Of a stretch of 64,000 nt of DNA, positions 1 through 12,000 are shown in pieces. Origin of the DNA: a virus; the IMG/VR virus record IMGVR_UViG_3300033998_000198, positions 67,935 through 131,934 of that record, one strand, 5' to 3'. Both the position numbers and the translations under genes were made by a program. How positions within the stretch are numbered: the stretch's first letter is position 1; each line of letters opens with the position of its first letter. The notes under the pieces were generated by a model that saw only the letters and a list, made by a program, of their open reading frames with translations, ran no database searches and had not been told where the DNA came from.

Positions 1-69
1 GAATATGTAGATCCTGCCAAACTCCAGGCATTACAGTCACAAGTCGACGAATACTACGAAATAAGCTAA
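1..69 (+). CDS. 3' end of upstream gene (partial)
   Basis: Open frame EYVDPAKLQALQSQVDEYYEIS* from the window start; GGAGG RBS of the next gene follows the TAA. Confidence 0.6.
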   Translation, partial: EYVDPAKLQALQSQVDEYYEIS

Positions 70-84
70 TGGAGGTATAGATAG

Positions 85-3000
85 ATGTATTTTGGCGAGA
101 ACTCAAGAATTGTTCCGGAAAGGAAATTAGAAATCATCCAGCAGCTTCATAACAATCTTATTGACAGATCAAAGGCAAAATACATAACCGTCGAAGCTGT
201 TGAAGGAACAACACAATTCTATCCTGAAAAGATAAGCACTGTTTCCAGTCAGATTCATAGATTATATGAATCTGAATTTTACGCAGGTTGGAAAGCAGAC
301 CCAGATACATTTATACACAAAGACTTATATAAGACTTATATTCTCGGCAAGAAGTATGCAACAATACCTTACCTGTCAGACAAAGACCGTGGAGAAGATA
401 GTGGCATTGTGTCTTGTGTTTTGGACTGTGTATGGCTATGGTATGACAACGACATTTACAATAGCACTTCATGGGCAGACATACAGGCATTCATAAACCG
501 GCACAAATCCGATAATCCATCGTTAAAAGTGCATGTAGATAACGGACCAAATGGCATATATATTGCCTGGGACGGATATATTACCTATAACCGGGCAACC
601 GGACATACAGTTGTCAATCCTGATATCCTAAAGACAAACAAGATCATTTATAAGCTCGGTTTAAGGAATGATGCTGAAAGTGTCGTTATTGACATGAACA
701 TGCACTCCACATATTATAAAATACCTGACTGTATATACTTTGACAGAGGTAATTCCGTTGTCAAGACTTTAGACCCAGGACTTGAATATATTGGAATGAC
801 TGCCGGAACTCAGTGTTGCTATGAGATGTCAGGAAACTACTATATCGATATATATTGCGGCGAGAATGTTTCAACTATTACTCTCCCTCATGGCGGAGAT
901 TTTAGGTTGGTTCTCCATAATACCGGTATTGTTGATGTAATCTATAGCGATGACGAGCAATATATAGGTTATACTGTAGTTACGTTACCTTCTGCAAAAG
1001 ACGATGCCATTGATATCGTGTTTTCAGTATACAGTGATGCCATTAAAACTGATATATATAGCATTACACCTACACTTGTTGAGGAAGGTGTTATCAAAGA
1101 ATATATTAAGAAAGATCATTATGCTACATATTACAAGACTACAACAATGATCCATTACATAAAAGACATTAAGGCATTTGATGCTTCTGGACACGAAGAT
1201 ACGAGCCTTTTAATTCCTCATATCGCATATAGGCAGAAAATATCACCTATATGGAATAAATCATTGATGTATACCAACTACTCTTGGAGGACAGGAAATG
1301 ACGCATTAGCTATTGCTTCAGAGCCTTATGTGGCCAATAACGATCTAATTATTTGTGGTAACAGGATATTTACATCAGGCGTGTCTGTCCATAATATCTT
1401 ATATGACAAACTGCAAGTAAATTTTACAGCATTACAGAATGGTACTTTTAATTTATACGAGAATGCCGGGTTCTACTTTAAAGGGGTTCCTACTTGTCTT
1501 ATAGACAATGAACTGTTTAAGAAAGTTGAACTGCAATTTGACGCATCCACAAAGGTTGACGTTGTAAAGAGTACAGACTACAGGCTCTGCTTAATTAATG
1601 AGTTTGAGCTTTCTCAGAATGCTGCAAAAGTATCATACCGTTTTAGTGTAAAAGGCGGAATGCTTGCTGAAGACGTAACAGTACCATGTACAGTAACACA
1701 GCACGTAAACTGCATCAATGAATCACAACTGCTGGACTGGTCTGGACATCCTGCAAACAGCTACTATTGTATAAAGATTGCCAACGCATATCTGCCTGTT
1801 AAAACTGCATACACCAAGAACGGTTGTGGTGTATTTGAAATTAAATGGGCAAGTAAAAGATATATCGTATTTGGCAAAATAACAGGATGCAGTAATGGTA
1901 TACTGGAACTTGAAGAAGAAGGATACAGAATTTGTGACATATCGACACACTCATTGCCAATCACATTCCAGGCGTTAACTGTCGATACTGACGGTAATCC
2001 TCATATTATCTTCGGAGAGACCGATGATGTTCCTGTAACATATACCGATGTATCTTACATTGATGCTAACACTAACTTTTACCAGAATGTAAGGTATAGA
2101 GTTGGTGACGGTACAGGTATGCCTTCAGGCAGCATGCAGACATATGACAAACTGTACTATCTTGGAGTTAACAATGAAAACAGGTTTGCTCCAGTTGCAT
2201 TGCCTGACAACAAGAAAACTGAAGATTATACATACTGTAAGTTGCCAAGAAGAAAAAACCCTGAGTATATACCTCCTTATATTCCTAACCCTGGATATGA
2301 TCCTACAGCATCAAGGTTTTATTATCTTCCGAAGCCAGAATCGTACAAATTTAAATGGGGAACAGGCGATGGAACAAGCCCGTATACCGGAAAAGATGGC
2401 GGTGGTGAATATCTGTCATTTGAATCGAGTGTAAACATAGAACATTATATCATTTTCAAATGCACAAATCCGAATGCTGTATTGAAAGTAAATAGTTCAT
2501 GTTATTCGAGAAATTATCTGTCTGGCGGGTCAAGCTATGAATCTGTGTTCCTGCATAGCCATAGCTATACACTTAATCCTGACGGATATGTTGAGATTGA
2601 CGAACATGGTTATGATGTACGCATATCTTTTAGCGTTGAAGGATTAAACGCAGGAGATAAGTTCACTGTCTTTCATGCAACTTACAACAAAAAAACATAC
2701 ACATGGTCCGGAAGCATAAATCCAAACGATTATGTTGAGGATACCGAAAATGTTCCAGTACATCCCAACCCAGCATATCCGCCTTCTCCAATTATGCCGA
2801 ATCCGGACTACGATCCAAATGCTCCAGCAATGATTGACGACCCGAATTTTGTACCTACAATGGAGCCTATAACAGTGTATCTGGAAGATATTTATTATGC
2901 TAATAGCCTACACGGAGACGACGGAAAACCTGCAACGTATGAATATGCTATCGATCCGTCATACAGTAAGTTATACTTTGATTTTAAAGTATACGATAAT

Positions 3001-6000
3001 AAAATTACATCTGCAATCCGCACAAAGATACTCATAACTCTTAAACGTGATGACGGATCAGGAATCACGGTGTTTAACAAGGAAGCATTTTCAATAGGTG
3101 ACAATAATCCATACAGGGTGGTAATAAACAACGACGGAACATACACTAAAGTACGTGTAGAGTTAACATGCTTAAGTTCGTCGTTTGACGGTATCTCTGT
3201 TCTAAACGGTTCCTCTACTATAACCGGAACAATTAAACAGGCCCCAAGCCAGATTCCAAATCCTGATCCTGCATCACAGGAGTATATACCAAATCCGAAT
3301 TATGAATCTCAGTGTACCGAGTGGCTCGAACCGGTATTTGAAACTGTAAAGATACCTTCAATTAACACACAGACACTGTTTGTCAACGGGCCGTTGTATA
3401 AAACAATTGACAAAGCCAGCGTTCCTGTATATATGAAAGGCACTTATACATTCAGAAACATGGACTTTGACAACTGTGCTGTAGAGTTTATAAACGGGAA
3501 GGTAAGGGTTTCTGGAACCGGTGTTTGGTATTATAACAGCAGCACCCCAGGAAGTGTAGACACAAGAAGTCTTGTATTTGCAAAGGCTATAATATACTAT
3601 GACCCGGCTACAGGCAAATGGTCATGGGATTCCGACTCCGTAAACGGGACAGAGAAGCCTTATGAAACAACGGACACAGTCTATAATCTCGAAGCTGTTA
3701 CTAATTTTGACAGCTTGGTAAATCCAACAAATATCGTAACAAGGGATGTCAACGCTGTATTCAAAGCATCAAATGGCCCTGCTTACCTTGAGGTCCATGC
3801 TTTCGGTAATTTAAAAATCATGGATATATCCACTGATATTACAGCGGACACCAACATCGTAATAGAGGCTACGAAATCAACCATTAATATTAACGTGAAC
3901 GGAACTTCGTATCCTTTCTCTCTTGGTGAGAATCCCGAGTCTGCAATCAACAACTCATTCAAGGTAATATACTGGAACAGAAATATCGAGTTTATAGCAG
4001 AGCCGATAGAAGGAGCAAAGGTTTCTTTCAAAGGTTATACCGAAGAAACATTGACAGGATTTGATCTACAGGTGTTTGACGTTTCCGGCAACAGAATCAA
4101 CAACCCGGTTGTTGATATAAGGCCGCTGAAAAACTACGAATTGGAGGATTTTGATTCAAACTTCCTTGACGGATGTTTTGATACAGATGTATCCTATGCA
4201 TTAGTGCCAAGAATGGAGAAAATCTCTCCATATGGATTAAGTGCACAAGGAGCAGTTGAAGCTATTCAAAATGCACCTTCGATTGCAGCTCCAATTGATT
4301 GTACCCCAAAGAGCACAATCGTTGTAGAGTTTGATATCAAGGCAAAAGCAAATATTGCCGGCAACAGTTTAATATTCTCTACAACTCCTGGTGTAGGTAG
4401 TGTCCCTGCTGATATAAACCTGCACATCAACGGATATAACTGCCCTCAGTTGTCAATGAACGTGCTGATGAACGATAATTACACACATGTTGTTGTAAAG
4501 TATGACTTTGACGCTATGACAGGTTATATAAAGGCATATGGGCAGGCATCGCAGTATCCGTTAACAAAATATACACGGATATCGTCAGGAGAGGACTGCT
4601 TTGGGTCGCTTGTTGCAACTTTCTTTGCTGGAACGAGATTTTCTGGTATTCCTGCTTCACATGTGTTTAACTCCATCCATGTGAAGAACATTGATATCTA
4701 TGAAGAAGTTGCAGGCGTAAGGCGTGAAATTGTTGTTAGAAAGAAACCTAACGACACAGGAAAATGCCTTATAAATGACTTTACAACATTGCTCGATGGT
4801 GCAACGACACCATATCCTGCTTATGGTTTCTACAAAGGTAACGACAAGTTGAGTAATTACAAAGGTAATTATCATAGTACCTCAAGAACTATGATAGATG
4901 AACTCAGAATGTTTAAAGACAAATATATAATCAACAACGATGAGTTCGGGTATAGCAATATATCATCAGAGTTCTATCCGAAGATAGGAAGAACAAGTAT
5001 GGTAACCAACTCTCCGGATGTAAATGCGTTTGCATACATCGATGCAAGGTATAAAGAAAGCGAATACAGAACACCCTGGTGTGCAATGTTCTTTACAGAA
5101 CAGAAAACGTCCAGAAGCTATGGCTTCAAGATAGCGGATGATCACGAAGTCACATTAAACTACAAGTTGAAGAACCTGTTTACTGATTCTTCAGAATATA
5201 CAAAGACTTACTTGTATGATGGCGACAAATGCTACGAAATTACAAGCGACGAAAGCGACATGTGCATTACTGTAAAAACCGGTTCTAAAAGAATTGAAGT
5301 ATCCAAGGACGGAATTGTGTCAGAGATTTTCCTTGACACACCTGTACATGTAGGTCGTGAGTTTACATTTGTAATCGAAGCGACGTCAAAGAATATTGAG
5401 AGACGTGTGTCGATGCTGTATTTCTACTTTACAGGAACAGTAAAGCCTGCCGACACGGTAAGTGACTTAATGATTACGCCATTCATTGCCGACGAAAGAG
5501 ATATCGTTCCTGAAGTTGAAGTATTGCCTTTTAGACGAGTAGATTGCAGTATAGATGACTACAACCTTACTTCAACTGTAAGCAGTTTTGATGGCGGTTA
5601 CACTCGCCATATCTATAATGACGGAGACATGGCTATCGTTGCTGGAAGTGTTTCTGGAGAAAAGAACACACTTGTTCTTGGCAACAAAAAGATCTTTGAG
5701 GACAATGGTGTATTTGGAGGTCATATATTCAACTATGAATTCATAGTTGACGCAAAAGGCCCTGGTGCGACATTGAAGTTCGCACATATAACCATACCTT
5801 TACAGGAAGGTAAACATTCATACAAGTTAAAATTCTATAACATACCCGACAAGGAAATGTTGATGGGAAGAACCAAACAGTATGGAGAGTTATGGTATGC
5901 CGTTTCTGTGGATGGCGGAGATTTTGTTCACAACCTGTTTACTGATTTTACCGAAAGCACAATGCTTCATGATGGAATCATAATGCCTGGTTGGAATGAA

Positions 6001-9000
6001 AGTGGGTGGAACACAGCTCCAATGTACACCAACTTCATATTTGAGGTTGAAGACGGAAATGAAATTGTCCTCTACAAAGGACGTATCATTGAGAATGAGT
6101 TCAATCAATCATGGAGAATGCGTTCGCAAAATCCCGTATTGAACGCCATCGTAAAAGATACAAGGAATCTTGACCTCTATCTTGTGATAGACAATGACAA
6201 GCTACTGTATGGGGAAATAGCCAACACTATCTTAAAAGAACTTCCAGTTCTTCTTGAGAACGCAGATAGGTACGATATAGACCTCAGAGTCTGTGTGTAC
6301 ACTTACTGCGATACATTAAACTCAATAGATAGTTCTGGTGTTCCCAAATCAAGCCCGCAATGGTATACAGGATACGAAGACATCATGAACGTACTGAAGA
6401 AGATGCCTCTGCGTGATGGTGGAGTAAGTCCGGAAGCCAATGTGTTTGGTGTATTGCAGACTATGCCTGATATTATAAACGCAGAATCGGCAGGAAGAAA
6501 CAAAGTAATGTTCCTGTATAATTCCAGCCGGATGGTTGATTATCCGTTAACAGCTCCTGAGATGAACGCTGCTGGCGACGAGATACGGAAACTTGATCTT
6601 GACACTATAGATGCAGTAACCACCAAGTATATTGAATATGGTATATACCTGCACATGGCTTATAACCAGAACTATCACCCAAAGGATTACATGTACGGCG
6701 TGTTCTACAGGATGGTTATGAAACGGGATCTTGTCGACGACAAGTTAAGTACGGTTTACCATTATTACAATGACAAGATTGTGATAAGCGGAAGCGAAGG
6801 TAATATGGATATAGACGGTCCTGTTAATACAGACGGATATCCTGTGTATATCGACTATATGAAGTTGACAGGAAGACCGAATTATAATCTGATTTCAGAT
6901 TTTGATGATGTTGACAGCTTTGTTACGGTCAACAATAGTATTTCGGCCGCCAATATTTTTAGACACTTTATAAAGGACTCTACAATATTGGCAATGCCTG
7001 TCACCTATTATGAAGACAAAGCGTACTATATCGCTTCCCGTGGTGGAATGTATAAAATCTCTGAGCATACTCCGGTTCTTGAATCTGTGAGGTTCACAAC
7101 TCAGACACAGGTCATCAATCCAACACCTGGTTTTTACCAACAACGGTATGATGAAATAATCTACAGAGCCTTCGGAACCGATGTTCCATATGCTCCGTTT
7201 GACACCATTGGCAGATGGAATGCTGACAACCTTGTGAGAAAAGGTGAGAACTTCAAGGCATTCTATAGAACGACAAGAAGGGTAGACAAGAACATAAAGA
7301 ATTACTACCATGTGCTGCTTGCCGTAGCACCAAGCGATATTATGCTTTTTGGTAAAAGCGAAAAGCAGATATTAAAGGATATAATAAACAAGGCACAATA
7401 CGGAGATATCATCTCTGTAAGTTGTATTACAAGACAGAATAATGCATACGACACATGGTTCTCAATCAGGCCGACGCTTATATATAACCAGACAAAGAAA
7501 GAGCGGCTGCTTAAAGACATCGACGATATGCAAATTTACCCTGATTATCAAGAAAAGACGAATGCCTTGATGTCGATGTACTTTAACAAACTCAAGAATT
7601 ATTATGCTGCAAATAAAGGCATATTCTCTGTTGAAGATATATCGTATTCATCGGAGGATTATAACGTCAATGTACTGAACCTGGTAATGGGTAGGTTCGA
7701 CAATGAAACAACGCACTTTGACATAAAGACTATACCGAGTTATTTCCCTATCAATACAAGGGTACAAACTGTTGTTCTTGAAATATCAGATAATGACAGT
7801 AAAGCCTATAAGGATATGAAAGGCTATTTCCCATACGGTGTTGCAAAGACCAAACATCCGGAAGAAGCCCGTGCAGTTATAGAACGTGAGCTCGAAGTGT
7901 TCAACAGGAAACGTTGTTCGTTCGGTCACATAGCTATGGAGCTTATCGGTACTTCCGATAAAATGTCTGAGGTCAATATCATAAGGGACGTAAAGAATGC
8001 ATCAAACGTACAGGGGGCTGTGTATACGTTTGTTGGATATACAAAGATCAATAATCCCGATCAATTGTATGATGTTGGGTTTATAATCTTCGGAAGACTA
8101 TACGGACTGAAACTGACAACAGAACCTATGCAGTATACTCTGTACTTTAGAAATGATAAGACTTCACGCACATTCAGCGACAGTCAATGCTACGGAAGAC
8201 AGGATGTTGTGTTTGAGGCGTTTTACGAACCTGAAGACAACTACGATCCTACAAAGATTCAGCCTTGTGAAATGCTGATTGTCGACAAGTTCGTATATTG
8301 TGAGGAAAAGTATTCTCCTCATATGATTTACTTCTACGCCGATGGAGAGAACTATGTGATAGACCGGTTGAACATATCAGCCATGAACGCTACGCCAAAC
8401 ATGAGGTATGTAAGGCCGCCTATCAACATGATCATTGACATCGACAAAGGATACGAAAAGGATGCTGAAGGAAAGTATACCGACTACATCGGTTCGACTG
8501 GAATGTTCATTGGTGTTCCTTCAAGCGGGGGCAACACAAGCCACTGGTGGGATAGACCAAGTGACGACAAGGAACCAGTCACTGGTATTGGTACAAGTTC
8601 ACCATTTGATGGAACTCCAGGCGGCAGCAATACAACAGGAGACCATGAATATAATCCTCCGGACAGGTTCTATACAGATTCGATTCCGGAATGGCCAACC
8701 CCAACACCGAATTGGCCATCTACTCCTGATTTACCTCAGCTTCCACCTAAAACACATCCTCCGGTGTCACCGCAGGTGTGCGTAAGAGACTGGATAAAGA
8801 ACCTTGTTCTTGCGTCAGCAATGAAACAGTTTACGCAGGAAAAATGGGACGAAATCATTGCAAACTACGGCAGCATACAGTCATGGTTGTCGTTCTACTG
8901 TAATGACATAACCAAGTGGACGGTAGTTGATGAGAATGGAACTGTAGTAAATTACGTAATTGATGAAACGCTCGGATGTCCGACCCTTGGAATAACCTAT

Positions 9001-12000
9001 AGCAGCATAAAAGAGGTAAGACATAAAACGTTGTATAGTGACGTTTATGAATATACGCTGAAGAAACCTACAACCCGTGAGTTCATACAGCCTGAAAATG
9101 CACAGATGATGTTAAAAGACCAGATAGATAGCGATGCAGACCTGATTAACTGCAAGCTGAACGGACTGCATTACAGTTTCGACAGATACTTTATTGAAGA
9201 TGACTATGCATTTGTCGACAGCACATCTGACCCTGACTATAATCCTTATGACAGGAATGCAGCAAGGACTCTTGATGCGGCGGAAAAAGGCGACATTGAG
9301 GTGTATAATGCTGCTGACGGTATTTGGATCAGAGGTGGATGGGTTGGACAGGAATACTCCGGGACTGTAAGCAAGTCTGTAAGGATAAGCCACAAGACAT
9401 CCTGGACTCCGGTTCTGTTCCGTGACGATTTGGCTTATGTATTAAAGAACTGTTATGACGAGCTCTATACTGGTCTAATGGATACATTGACAAATTACAT
9501 CACGGTCGACAATATGGATTCAGGTGTGTTGCTTGACTGGACAGTCCGTGATAATGTACTTCTTACAGCTAAAGCAACGGATATATCAGATTCGATTGTA
9601 GTACATCAGACATTCAATGACGCAGAACCATCTAAGACTTTTGCCATTGCTGATTTGGTAACTCTGCTTCCTGATGAATCTTATGATTTCAGGCTGTTCA
9701 TTGTTGACTTCACTGGCAACATCAGTATCAACGGAACAGAATATCATGACGGTGACAGTATTTACTTTAATTCAGACAGCGATACAGAATTCACCATTGA
9801 AGCGAACGATATTGTGATATACAAACCTTGGGAAGAAACAAAGACCGGATTTAGCGGTATCGTAAATGGCAAAGAACCTTACCGTAAGGCTTACGACGGC
9901 AAACAAGACTATATTGTCAACCTTGAACCGTTTGACCTCCCGGATGGACTCATCAATCTCCGTCAGACCGTTGAGATTGAGAATACGCCTGAAATCATAA
10001 TCGTAAGGTTCGAACACGAGGTAGAGCCAGGAGTAAGTAATGTAAACGGAGATCTTGCGTACTTTACATGCGGGTCATTGATGCCTTGGACATTCGTTAC
10101 GGACTGGGTAAGTACGTCAGTTGAGAGTGATTTGTTTACACTGGATTCAGTTCTTCCTTCTGTAGTAAACATAAAGGTATACAATCCGAAGTACGAAGAC
10201 TATAAAGATAGTGTAATATCAAACATTCACGCAGTAATAACCTCAAATGACCCGAATGTAAAAGTCATCAGCTATGACAAGAGTGAACTCACATTTGAAC
10301 CTGAAGAAGACTACAGGGAGATACCGGTAACCGTCAAAGCGTTGCCAAGTGCAATGAGTCAATGGTATCCGGTAATCCACAATGGTTACTACTACATCAA
10401 TAACCATGAATACTTCCTGTACTCAAAGAATACGCCGGATGGTGAATATAGCGAAGAAGACCAGATCGTCACAAAAGATTTGGTATACGCTATCGACATA
10501 ATTATGAAATCATCTTCTCCGGAAGGTGTTATGGCATTTAATGATTCAACCGCACCAGACTTCACGAAGGGGACTAAAGACGGGGTTGTATTCAGGAATG
10601 CCGGGCTTGAATGTGCATACATTTCAGACACTCAGTATTACAAAGAGTTTGCAAACGGCACTTATACATCTGAAGAAATACTGTTAGACAAGGAGACTCC
10701 GGTAGAGTACCTAAATACAACTTACCGCAGTAACACTCCTGACGGTACAGAAATAAGGCTGTATATGTCAGCATATGATTATACCGCAAAGACTTGGACT
10801 GACTGGGTGTATGTACAAAACAATACCGTTCCTCAGATGCTGGTTTCAAAGAGGATAAAGTACAAGGTTACATTAAAACCTCTTAATGAAATCGCAGAAA
10901 TGCAGGTAACGGAAGTAGATGACGATTTGTATGATTTCTTTGGAATAGACGGAACCTTGGCACGTAACGTCACAGCAACATCAGGCTGTCTTGAGAACCT
11001 TGACAAGAGCACAACAGGCGAATACTACTCTGTAATTAAAGATTACAACACAGCGGTTCTTAGGTATACTCTCGAAGTCGAAGGCACCGGCAATTACACA
11101 GTAGAGTTCGCAACTTCCGACAATAAGACGGACCTTACTGAAACTGCAACCTGGATACCGGCTGCCGATGCAGCTACTACTGAGATGAAGCAGTTTGTTA
11201 GATACAAGGTTACATTAAATGGAGATGCCACTGTAACCAAGATTACAAGGACCGCCAGCATAAGGTCTACGCACAATGTAACGCCAAATTTCGGAGAGCT
11301 TACAATTAGATACGTAATAGGTGGAGACAGAGGTGTTGGTGAAACCATAACACAAACCGTTATAGGTAAACTTCCAAGAGACGGAGAATGGCATGACCTG
11401 ATTGATACTACACTTCAGGCAAAACTGTATCCTTCCATCGTTAGCAATGGATTTAAGATTACAGATTTGTTGAGACTGTCTGTAAAGACGAATGATAGTA
11501 CGGTAGAGTTTGATTACCAGCCTGATGGAAAGAGCGGACTTAAAGCAAGGAGTTCTAAGATAGAAACCGCTGTAGGACCAACACCGTACATTAAGTTTAC
11601 AGATAATACATGTGTGGTAACGCCGATTCCACAGCAATTCGATCCGGTTATTGTGTTTGACGAAGCAAATGGCAAATACTTCACAAGGGTGAATTTTACT
11701 GACAGCGAAGGCAGACTTACCCTGACGAACGTCGAAACGTTTACCGGAGAAGGCCGAAGCGGAATAGCACTTAGTTACACCGATATCGACCCTGCATCGC
11801 TAAAGATAACAATTGACGAAACAGAGGTTGATGCTGAAGACTATGATATATTAAACAACATTATCCGGTTCAAGTATGCAATCCCTGAAGGTGCAAAAAT
11901 TACAGCAGAGTACAGCATCAAAGACTCCTTCATTGTAGATTACAACTATAAGCCGGAAGAAGACAAGGCACAGATAACAGTGCACAGCGACAGTGATTTG